In this document: in pieces, positions 49,093-59,488 of the stretch
How positions within the stretch are numbered: the first letter of the stretch is position 1
Layout of the letters: the number at the start of each line of letters is the position of its first letter
Notes under the pieces: model-generated
Told to the model about the DNA's origin: nothing
Databases searched by the model: none
The model's input: the letters and a program-made list of their open reading frames with translations, nothing else
Program-made: the position numbers and the translations under genes
Origin: Iphione sp. A-MEVVRFRX5
Lineage: Eukaryota
Direction: 5' to 3'
Assembly: GCA_976226885.1 (NCBI GenBank)
Contig: OZ320319.1
Coordinates: forward strand, 25,668,001 to 25,732,000
Length of the DNA stretch: 64,000 nt

Positions 49093-51583
49093 TTCTTTGG
49101 GGTAACTACGTGGGTCAATTACTAAGCGCCACTGCTGTAATTCGTCGTCCACGGTTGTACTATGCTGTAATGTATCGTGGTCATTGAGAGAGCTGTTGCA
49201 AGGAACACTGGTCACGTCATATTACACACCCGAGGGCAGTGTTGTTATGCAAACAGGTAACATTTCGTAAGGCAGTGTTTCCTTGAATATTCGATGTTTT
49301 GTAGGGACGTGTGTGTGTGTGTTTGTGGGTGAAAAAGCACAGAGATAAGAGACAGATACGAATCACGCCATAACCAACTCACCGGTCAATGATAGCTCGC
49401 ACCATCTCGAACGCAAAGAGTTGTAAATCTTGTTGTCCTCCGTGGAGGTGCTGAAAATCTTCAAGTAGAAATGCGTGTGGTAATTGTAAAATCCAAAGTG
49501 AACCTTTTTAAAGGGTTAAAGAAGTGGCCAGGCTCTTACATTAGCAGGACTTCCTGGGGGAATGTGTGTGTCGTCAGTGGTGTAACTTGACAATGAATGT
49601 AAATTGGAAATGACATGAGTCAATGACATGGACTGTCAATGACATGAGTTGCCACTGACACGAGCTAGCAATGGCAAGCGTTGTCTGCACATACAGAGGG
49701 ACCGAAGACACACATCAAGTAAAACAAAAAACTCTTCTTGCCTTTCCTCATGCCTCCTTGCCATTGCCAGCTCGGGCATATCACCCTTGAACAGGTCAAT
49801 GTGGCCGCTGACATCCATGTTTGCGTTGTATCTTCTCAATAATCGCCCATAGATCGTTGGCAGTATGGCCGAACCGGGCGGCTCTACCGTAGACGGTGGT
49901 TGCTCATTCCAACGGATCCCTGGGATGAGTTAACAGCAGGAGACAAAGTGATATAAAGAAAGGCAAGCTAAAAGTCTATAGTCTGAAAGTGGTTTGCCTA
50001 ACCCTTCCTACATCAGTCAACTGTATACGGTCATTCCACTTTCCACGTTTTTATTATTTCACCTCCTAGCCTTGTACATCAACAGAATGAGATGGTATTG
50101 CAATAGTGGGCAGAATGGTGGGGAGAGGCGACAATCGCAAATGGGAAGCCCAAGATATTGTAGCGTCCGCTCCGCAAGTAAGACATAACTCCAGTTAAGG
50201 TAATGAGGTTTATTCAGTAAGAGCAGTATGAGCATAAACAGTGAGCACCAACAGTGAGCACCAAAGGTAATCTGAACTGCCCGGGTGGGCCAACTCCCTT
50301 ATATACCCAACCCCAGTCTCTTCAGCATCCGGGTACCAGACCCCTCCTACTCCGCAGCACCCCTACGAGTGCCGCACGGGGGCGTGCCGCTGCACCCTAC
50401 CAGTCCAATCCACTGTGCCGCAGCACCCCTCGTATGCCGCGGTGCCACAGCTACGCAGTGGCTCCAACAATATATTACGCGTAGGTGTACATGAATTAAG
50501 TTTCGCTGAAAGATTGCTGCTGTCTGCGGCTTCGTCCTCTGTATGTGCTTATCATATGTCTGTAACACTCAGAAATGCAATACACGGTACTGAGCGAAAG
50601 TGTTTATGATGTTTGAAAAGTGCACTTCAAATAAGTAACGAAGGTAATTCTATGTTTTATAATTTGTGCAATTGCTCACTGTAGTAATGCAAACTTGTTC
50701 TCAGTGCATTCTAAAAACATATTATTTTACTTTTTAAGATTTAAATAGACTTGATTAAATCTTAAATTGAACGTTATGGATACATACACGTGCATGCATG
50801 CATGCATTTCAAGTAAAAACAATTTCGATTAATGAATAATGGTCATCTTGTGGAAAGCAAAAAAAAATGACTGACTGAAAGAAGGCCGTAGCTGAGTGAA
50901 CTTTTAATGATACACCTTGTATCTGTATGCAGCATTCTTATTGTACACAGCTGCATCGGTATAAAACGTTTGTATGGAGAAGTACTCGCAATGTAAAAAA
51001 AAATACTGCAGTTCAGATAGCTTCCAAAATTTAAAATGAGGAAGAAAGGATTGCTCATACCTTGTCGATATCAATTTCTGCCTAGTATGAAAGGTAACGC
51101 GCCATACGTGGATATGTACGAGGACTACCCACAACCATGTTAATACTGTATATTAGTTTTTGCTAAATACTCGATCAGCGGCTCTGTGCTAAAACTGTAA
51201 ATGGTAATCCTAATCACTGAATCACAATGAAATTGGTTTGTCTAAAGCCCATGTTATGTGCCATCCCTTGGCTGGAAAGAATGATGCACTGAGATGGAAG
51301 TTTTTTTATTTTTTTGACCAGTTTCTCTACAGAGACCGGGTAGTGTTCAGATTAACAATAACAATTATCTTCTTTTTTTAACCCTATTAACGTATTTCTG
51401 ATGGATATATGGAACTGCTTACACGACTTACACAAAGCAGTATTTAAAAGTAAAGAGACTCCGTGAGGGAAAAAGGGTCACTAGCCATGAGTGGCAAGTT
51501 CTCATTAGGGGACACTGCCTGAATCAATAAGAGCTGCTTGCATATTGCTTGAGGCAAGAAGGGCATTGACCACTGTGAGCTTT

Positions 51584-51609
51584 CACACACACACACACAC
51601 ACACACACA
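51584..51609. repeat. (CA)13 microsatellite
   Basis: Direct reading. Confidence 0.95.
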
Positions 51610-53671
51610 AGCCTGGACCCATTATAGACTGAGAGCTTGTTATCATTTTATCTGAGCACTGCCACACTCAAATCTGTTTATTTTCTTACCATTCCTCACA
51701 CCCTCATTAACAAACTAAAAGCCAGACTCATGTGCTTACCAGTGACATGATAGGATTCTAAATAAGACACGGAAAATTGACTCCCACTACAAAAAACAAA
51801 TCTGGCCACATGATTGGTATGGTTCCTATGTGGAGGTCCAATCCCCTCTCTCAGTTAACACTTTCTATTCCTTCATTTGGGCGTGGGTCTCCACTGACTA
51901 TAATGAGCAAGGGAAGAGGCTGACGAAGGAGGTACAAGAGAATATATAAGCGTGACAAAGTCCTTAAAGCATTTTCATCTTCTGCACCGCCTTATTCTGA
52001 GCAAACAACAAGGCGGTCGAACTTCTGAATTTTTTCTTTTAGAGGAAAGCAATTACGCCAGAATGTCATGATATATCTATACTAAAAAGATGTTTTCGGA
52101 AAGTAGTTACAATGAATAAAGGAAATTTGTTGAGATTTATACTGTCAAAGTCATTTTTGGAAAGACTTTATCTTCATTAGCTGATGTCTTTATTTACAAA
52201 CGACTGACAGCCTGGCACTATTGTTCAGTTGAGCATACAGTTACAGGTTTTCCGGATCAGTCATCCTTGTCTGCATCTGTATGGTGCTTCTGAAGTTGTA
52301 TTTAAACCCATCGTCCCGGTGTGTAAAGACCACCAGCAAGGATTGGTCAAATGTATCAATCTTATTTGAATGTTTCTTTCCGAAGCAAAGTGCCACGTTA
52401 TACACGTGCCTTGTCTCGTGTAATACATGACCTTAAGCTAGTTTCAATGCATTCCTCTCAGAGCATCCCATAAGATATTGGTCAGCTTGATATTTGAGTA
52501 CATGTACTATTATGCGCAACGGATGCCGTTATGATCCATTATTAATGTGTATGGATGAATCGAGTTAATTTATAATCCAATCCCCGACGGAAACTATAGG
52601 GGCCCAACAACGTGGAAATAACGTGGGTTCAAGCACACTGGTCTAGTAGCAGGGAAAGTATCCCCTACCAGCATACTATGATGAATGGAAATCATCCACG
52701 ATGGACGGACAAGACAGGGAGCCTGAGGCCGTAGAGATGACAACAGGGGCTCAACTACCAAAGTGAGGCGTCCAAAGAATGGGGCAACTATGGCCATTCC
52801 GTCCCAGCTGAGCGCGGCTCGGCGCACGACAGGAATGAAGCAAGGTGACCGGGACGACACACTGGCTCCATGCGGCGATAAAGACGCCCCGGCGCCGGAT
52901 CAGACCCATCCTACTGTCCTTCATGTCAAGAAAACGGCCATGATGCTCACGGAGTTGTAGCAATTTCTAGCTATAATCTGAAATGAGTAAAACGTACTCT
53001 CTTGTGTCGCATATACTCTGGAGAACAAAAAGAATATTGCCACGTAACCAGGTAGATGGAGTAATTGATCAATTGAGTTTAATGGGCGAAAGTTTCACCC
53101 AGAAGGATGTTTTACAAACAGCACTGTTTCATGATATATAAATGTCTATTCAATGTGAGGTTTTCCATGCGCCTGGTAATAGGAGGAAGACTGTTCAAGC
53201 CTACACCTCTCGGATAGTAGAAATCGTTGTGATAAAGGACACATCGCTGTCTTGACAAATCCAATCCTGGAGCTGTATTGACTTTGGTTGTTCCTTCTCT
53301 CACGATTCTACTGGTCTGCGATGATAACAGATTCGCCATAATGAGGTCCACTATACACACACACACATACATGAGGATGTCCATTACAATTGTTCCCACC
53401 TTTTACTTCAGAATAGTCCCAATCGGCTCAACATATTAAGTATGCCATCTACATATATATTTCAAATAAGGCGTTTATTTGTATATTGGCAAGGTCACAA
53501 CAACAACAGGATCATCTCACTATAACAACATGATGACATCACAATAGATACCATAACAACAACCTGTGTAAAATGGAATACTTACTTTGTCAACCGTCAT
53601 TCAACTGAGAATTTTCTTTGAGTGAAGACGTACTTCTCGGGTTGATACTGCCGTTCAGTCTTTGATAGTTC

Positions 53672-54628
53672 ATGATGGCGAAGCATTGTTCTAAGTGTAA
53701 CAAGAGACATTCCCCTCCGGTGGGGAAAAAGTGCCGTCATTTTGTTGATGATATCGAGGAGTCGTCGATGGATTTTCCTGTTTGCTCTGATTTTACAGGT
53801 GTTATCGATGATGCTCGGTCTGGTGAAAAAGTGACTCCCCAAAATGGTAGCGATGCTGTCTCCTCCTTGACACAACGTATTGGTAAATTGGAGGACATGA
53901 TAACGATGTTGGTAATGACGAAAGATTCATCGACATCGAATGCGGAGAAGGCTGCCGTTGGCGACGCAACTTTGAGCAAGCCGGATGTTGGTGAGAATTC
54001 AACTGACGATTCCTCATCAGATTCAAGTTCAAGTGATAGTGATGATGAAGATCGAAAGAAGCATAAGAGTAGATCAAAGTCGAGTAAAAAGACATTTAAT
54101 ATAGCTAAAGCTGCGAAAGTCAAGAAGATCGATAATTTTGATCAACTTATGCTCGGTTCTATAAATCTTGTGCAGCGACACCTGAAACGTAATGACGACA
54201 TTTCCGGTTATCTGGCACATCTGCAGTTTCTGTTAGAGAAACGAGTGAAAAACGTGTATAAGGATGCCTCCTTTATTGATTACGACAAAGATATTAGAAA
54301 AAAGGCAGCAAAGAAAGGTATTGCAAGCTTTAAGTTTGGCGATGATGAGCTTATTAGGAGCCACTTTTCGTTTGACATGATGCTGGGGGGTGGTTCGGCA
54401 ACAGGTCGTGGTGCTCAAAGTAAACAAAAGCCAAAGCGTCAAAACGACTTTTCTCGTAAATCAGACAAAGTTTGCTATCGTTTCAACAATGGAACTTGTC
54501 ATGACTCAAATTGCAATTTTAAGCATGCTTGTTTAGTGTGTGGCGGCTCAGACCACAGGGCCTATGAGTGTTCTCAAAACATTAATAATGCTGACAAATC
54601 CAAGGAAGCGAAGTCTAGTAAGAAGTGA
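53672..54628 (+). CDS. Gag-like ORF1 of element 2 (318 aa)
   Basis: N-terminal CSKCNKRH...C; C-terminal CCCH finger CYRFNNGTCHDSNCNFKH followed by CCHC knuckle CLVCGGSDHRAYEC. Confidence 0.9.
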   Translation: MMAKHCSKCNKRHSPPVGKKCRHFVDDIEESSMDFPVCSDFTGVIDDARSGEKVTPQNGSDAVSSLTQRIGKLEDMITMLVMTKDSSTSNAEKAAVGDATLSKPDVGENSTDDSSSDSSSSDSDDEDRKKHKSRSKSSKKTFNIAKAAKVKKIDNFDQLMLGSINLVQRHLKRNDDISGYLAHLQFLLEKRVKNVYKDASFIDYDKDIRKKAAKKGIASFKFGDDELIRSHFSFDMMLGGGSATGRGAQSKQKPKRQNDFSRKSDKVCYRFNNGTCHDSNCNFKHACLVCGGSDHRAYECSQNINNADKSKEAKSSKK

Positions 54629-56581
54629 CTATGTGACGACCCTATCAATACAGATCCTTTTTGTTGTTCTTTTCAAGTAAGAGCATTCCCAAGTTTGGAG
54701 ATGTATTGTACTATGACATGCCCCCTTAAAGTTGAGCATATGTTGGATGTCAACATGCTCAAGGGTTTTGCTTTGGATAATAATCTTGGTGATAAGTGGC
54801 ATATTGTGGATGTATGTGATAACCACAAATTGTTAGAATATTGTTCCTCCGCAGGGGTTAACTATAATTTGCCGCTATATATTGTATTTAATTCTAATGA
54901 TGTGATTAGAATTTATAAAGATTGTATGAACAATTCGTGCTGCTGTGTTCACCATGTCGGTGGAGTGAGAAGTAAGCTACTGCCCTGTCGTTTTTTCCGT
55001 GGATGTGCCTTTGGTATGTTAGATGCGAGCACTAGGGAATTTGTCTGGGATGGGGTTTGTGTCGGTTTCAAGATAGTACAGGATGGTTTTGAAGGCTCGT
55101 ATTTTTGCAAAAATTATAAAACCATCGAAGAGGAGCCGTTTCGTAGTGAAATGGATGAAAAAATTTTGAAGGAGTTGGATAGTGGTTTCATTTCTATGGT
55201 GAAGAATGTCCCCCGGTGTGTCCATGCCATGGGAGGGGTGCCTAAAGGAGATGGGTCACTCCGCCCTATCACAGACTGTTCGAGGCCAGAGGGTAGATCA
55301 ATTAATAATTTCATGGAAGGCCTGTATGAGAATTTCAGTTATAGCTCTGTGAGTGATGTGTGTGAGTTCTTGGAGGAAGGGGATTTCATGAGTGTAGTAG
55401 ATATTAGTAGTGCTTATCGCTCAGTAAGTGTGAGAGAGTCATGCAGGAAATTTCAGGGTTTTTGTTGGTACCTTAATGGAGAGAGGAAGTATTTTGTAAG
55501 TAATACCTTGACGTTTGGTCTGAAGTGTGCACCTTACATTTTTACCAAGTTGTCGGATTTCGTGGTGCAGGAGTATGTTTGGAGATCAAATGATAGCATT
55601 GTGAATTACCTGGATGATTTCTTGGTAAGGGGTGACAGTTTTGAGTCGTGTATGAGAAACAGAGGTTTTCTTACGGATATAATTGGTAATCTTGGTTTTG
55701 ATGTTTCGTGGAAAAAGGTGACTGACCCTAGCAAAAAATGTGTGTTTTTAGGGATAGAGATCGATAGTGAGGATATGGTATTGCGTCTCCCAGAGGGCAA
55801 ATTAGAGAAGATGCGGTTGATCTTTGAAGAAGTGATTGATTCAAAGAAGATGTCAAGGAAAGAGGGTGAAAAAGTCTCAGGTTTTCTCTCTCATTGTTTG
55901 ACTATTAGCAGTGGAGGGAGGACTTTCTGTAGGGCCTTGTATGATTTTGTGGAGGATTTGCCTAAGAATAATAAGAGGTCATTGATCAGAGATGAGGTAT
56001 TAGAAGATCTTAAATGGTGGTCAGTCTTTGCAAAATTGTTTAATGGTAAAGGGAAAATCCTTCATTGTCAAACTCCAAAGTTTGTTTGTTATACAGATTC
56101 GTCCTTTAGTGGTTTTGCTGGTGCCTGTGATGAAGACTGGTTCATTGGTTCATGGAATGGTGTTTCTGATGAGGTCGGTTGTGGACACAGGGAGAAGGTG
56201 CCTTTAAGTTGGGGAGATGAGAGGAATATAAATGTGTTTGAACTTTGGCCGGTTCTGGTTTCTCTGAAGAGATGGAGTCATTGTTGGAAGGGTAGTCATG
56301 TGCTCTTCATGGTAGACAATACACAAGTGATGTTTATGCTAAGAACTGGAAGGAGCATAAACAAAGTGTGTATGGGTTGGCTCAAAGAAATTTTTTGGGT
56401 TTGTATGGTTTATGATATTAGTATTTCGAGTGAGTATGTCAATACTAAAGACAACATTGTTGCAGATACTCTATCTAGAATTGATGTTGCTTGTGTTTCG
56501 GATGAAAGATGGCTAGAGTGGTCAGGAAGAGCATGTTGTAAGGAAGTTTTGGTTGGTTCCAGGTCTTCGAAGTTGCCTTGA
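54629..56581 (+). CDS. RT / RNase H ORF2 of element 2 (same frame as gag, directly after its TGA)
   Basis: RPITDCS, DISSAYR, TFGLKCAP, YLDDF, TDSSFSGF, INVFELWPV, VDNTQV, ADTLSR. No in-frame stop between TGA 54626-54628 and the ORF; first ATG at 54701. Confidence 0.93.
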   Translation, partial: LCDDPINTDPFCCSFQVRAFPSLEMYCTMTCPLKVEHMLDVNMLKGFALDNNLGDKWHIVDVCDNHKLLEYCSSAGVNYNLPLYIVFNSNDVIRIYKDCMNNSCCCVHHVGGVRSKLLPCRFFRGCAFGMLDASTREFVWDGVCVGFKIVQDGFEGSYFCKNYKTIEEEPFRSEMDEKILKELDSGFISMVKNVPRCVHAMGGVPKGDGSLRPITDCSRPEGRSINNFMEGLYENFSYSSVSDVCEFLEEGDFMSVVDISSAYRSVSVRESCRKFQGFCWYLNGERKYFVSNTLTFGLKCAPYIFTKLSDFVVQEYVWRSNDSIVNYLDDFLVRGDSFESCMRNRGFLTDIIGNLGFDVSWKKVTDPSKKCVFLGIEIDSEDMVLRLPEGKLEKMRLIFEEVIDSKKMSRKEGEKVSGFLSHCLTISSGGRTFCRALYDFVEDLPKNNKRSLIRDEVLEDLKWWSVFAKLFNGKGKILHCQTPKFVCYTDSSFSGFAGACDEDWFIGSWNGVSDEVGCGHREKVPLSWGDERNINVFELWPVLVSLKRWSHCWKGSHVLFMVDNTQVMFMLRTGRSINKVCMGWLKEIFWVCMVYDISISSEYVNTKDNIVADTLSRIDVACVSDERWLEWSGRACCKEVLVGSRSSKLP

Positions 56582-57506
56582 GGATCGATTGGAAGTCCTG
56601 AGGAGCCAAGCCTTCTCTAAAAACACCTTAAAGACAAGGCAAAGGCAGCAGAGAGTCTACATGAAGTTTTGTGAGAAGTTTGGTTATGCACCTTTTCCAT
56701 GTGGTCAAAAGCAACTGAAGCAGTATTGTGCCTTCTTGTCCTTTTCTATGTGTCCTAATTCAGTCCAGAATTACCTGAGTGGTTTGATGTACGAACATAA
56801 GAAATTGGGATTGGAATGTCCAGTTCTAGATGATGATATCAGATGGGTGATCCAGGGTTTTAAGAGAATTCATTCTTTACCCTCTAGATCTTCGGATGGT
56901 TTCTCTTTAGAGAATCTACTGAATATGTACAATGGTTTGAAGTTTAATTCAATTTTTGATGTTGTTTTTTGGGGAGCAACAGTGTTGGCTTTCCGGTGTC
57001 TTCTCAGGAAGAGACAATATACTGGGCGTGATGGAATTTGTAGAGGTGATGTGGATTTCCTGGTAGATAGAATGATTGTCAACATTAGGAAATCTAAAAC
57101 TGACCAGTATGGTATCTGTCCTAGGAAACTGGTTGTGTCTCCTTGTAGTAACAGAATTTTTTGTGCCATTTTCTGGTTGAAGATGATTTTTTCTCTGGTT
57201 AAAGTTGATTCAAAAATGCCTTTGTTTTCTTTTGTCGAACATGGTAAGTTTACTTACCTGGATTATGATAGGTTTGAGCTAAAGCTTACTAGCCTGGCTT
57301 CAACTGTAGGTTGTGAGGGCAAGTTTACTTCTCATTCCTTACGTAGGGGTGGTGCTACACATATGGCACGTATTGGCATGCCTGTTCATTCCATTAAACA
57401 TAGAGGTGGATGGAAGAGTGATGTAGTTTACACTTACATTAAACCTACATCAGACCAAATGTTAGTTAGTGATGCAAAATTTTGTTCTTCTTTGGGGTTG
57501 GCCTAA
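56553..57506 (+). CDS. Tyrosine recombinase ORF3 of element 2
   Basis: FRCLLRK (R box), RKSKTDQ, HSLRRGGAT (H-x-x-R), HRGGWKSDVVYTY (W...Y); no ATG until 56661. Confidence 0.93.
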   Translation: MVPGLRSCLEDRLEVLRSQAFSKNTLKTRQRQQRVYMKFCEKFGYAPFPCGQKQLKQYCAFLSFSMCPNSVQNYLSGLMYEHKKLGLECPVLDDDIRWVIQGFKRIHSLPSRSSDGFSLENLLNMYNGLKFNSIFDVVFWGATVLAFRCLLRKRQYTGRDGICRGDVDFLVDRMIVNIRKSKTDQYGICPRKLVVSPCSNRIFCAIFWLKMIFSLVKVDSKMPLFSFVEHGKFTYLDYDRFELKLTSLASTVGCEGKFTSHSLRRGGATHMARIGMPVHSIKHRGGWKSDVVYTYIKPTSDQMLVSDAKFCSSLGLA

Positions 57507-57780
57507 TTGTGCTCTAATACCCCCAATTAGTGTCTCTGTGTTGTTTACCTAATATTTCAAATAAGGCGTTTATTTGTATATTGGCAAGGTCACAACAACA
57601 ACAGGATCATCTCACTATAACAACATGATGACATCACAATAGATACCATAACAACAACCTGTGTAAAATGGAATACTTACTTTGTCAACCGTCATTCAAC
57701 TGAGAATTTTGTTTTTCTCTTGAATAAAGCCTAATTGTGCTCTAATACCCCCAATTAGTGTCTCTGTGTTGTTTACCTAA

Positions 57781-57804
57781 TATATATATATATATATATA
57801 TATA
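57781..57804. repeat. (TA)12 microsatellite at the right junction of element 2
   Basis: Direct reading; the remainder catatatat is at the left junction 53452-53460. Confidence 0.95.
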
Positions 57805-59400
57805 AGCCCACCTTTCCCGATCGCGAGTAAACTACCTGAGGAGACCGAACCTCACGAGCAGCCTCTGATCAGATCTGGTCGGCCATCATAGAAGATTAGT
57901 TGAATGGATTTGGACAGATTTTATATGAATAATGACTCTCAGGTGCATCCATTCAGCACTTCAGCATGAACGAGACCTTTCAGCCAGATTCTCGTCCGAA
58001 ATTGTTTGTCCCGTCACCTGGAAAGCAGCAAAACGCGCCATTTCGAGGCCCAGGAGGAGACGGATGCTCTTTTCCTGCGCGTTTCTATGCTTTTGACAAG
58101 CCGTTGGAGTATCAGACAGATGGTTGTCCACAAAAGAGCCGTCTCTCGTGAAAATTAAGCAAAAAAAACAGCTCTTAGCAATCAGGTCACGGTAACAGCA
58201 AGACGCCGAATCATTAGGGCTAGTGGCAAACAAGTAAGCCGCCATTTTTAAGACCCGAAAGCCCGGCAGACTTCATTCGCTTCTTTGAACGGTGTGCTGA
58301 TTACAGATGATCGATGGACCTGTTAATAACACACCTTTCAGATTCAGATTCCGATTATTTTATTTACTGAACTCTAATAATAATAAGAAGAAGTGGTCTC
58401 CTAGCTCAAGACGGCGCCAAAGGATTGTCACAAACACACAGGTGAGTCACGAAATAGGGAATGATCGACGACATATCGGAAAAATCCATAAAGAAGGCAA
58501 TTTGCGGAACATACTGTTCAACATAATACAGCACGTACGGAAAGAGACAGCAAGTGCTGGCGTCATCATGGCACCAGTGCACACCGTGGCACCCATTCCA
58601 TACCGGGACGCAAGGGACATACCACTGACACGTGTTCTACATCACGATACGTAAAAGTGTCCCAGTTTAAAGACGGCGCATGTTATGACAAGTGAGAAGA
58701 AGTAAGGGTCCACAGTCTAATCCGGCTAATTCTGTCTAAGTACATTCGAATCTCGCTACTACAGACACAGGAGGGACTTGGAAGATTTTATCCATAGTAG
58801 AAGGTGTCTGCAGTAGGACATTAAATATGATATACATGTGTAGGACTTTGGTACTCTGCTGTTGTCTTTATGTCCGTAGGCTTTAGCTTTATCTAAATAT
58901 TCATAGGCTAGGTTCTGATTTTAACTAAGGTGGCATATTGCCCTATTCACATATTCCTCTATAGTTGAAATAATCACGGATACGAGAGTGCACCTTCCAT
59001 GGCAATAGCAAGTTATCTCCATCAATGCTGGAGGGACATACTGGATATTGGGCCGACTCCTCTGCGCGTCACCAGTGTTGCTGCCGCCATCGACTAAGTA
59101 ACTTCGTCGGCCCATCCAATTTCATGCACTTATGTTTTACGAGAGCCACATATTGGTGTATTATTTTTCAGATACCTCCTATTTTGGTGTATATTCAGGA
59201 TAAATAAAGTATTATTACATAAACTGTCGTGCTTGACCAAAATAACTGGTGTATGGTAGGCAGGGAGTAGAGCACTCCCTCCCTCACATTGGATGCCGAG
59301 ATTTCCCATTGGTATTCCAAATCAGAAAAAAAATCGTTTATTACCTGATGTGTTGTGTTGAAATAGTTATGCTAAGCTATCTTGCTCACAGGCTTGGACT

Positions 59401-59488
59401 TCACTGGTATTTTTCGTACATTTATAACAGATCACTGACATTTTTCTTACATTTATAACAGATATTCACTGTTTTTTCTTACATTTAC
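59401..59488. repeat. Imperfect ~31-bp tandem repeat, about 3 units
   Basis: ttttc(g/t)tacatttataacagat..cactg units. Confidence 0.85.

Larger units (their letters stand above)
53457..57783 (+). mobile_element. Ngaro-like tyrosine-recombinase retrotransposon 2, apparently intact
   Basis: A1 53457-53615 = A2 57552-57710 (159 bp identical); B1 57501-57555 = B2 57729-57783 (55 bp identical); three uninterrupted ORFs gag, RT/RH, YR. Confidence 0.95.

Noticed and set aside
50254-50609. Pro-rich overlapping ORFs with a repeated ccgcagcacccct motif
   Set aside because: Short, with no recognisable domain and no consistent splice chain.
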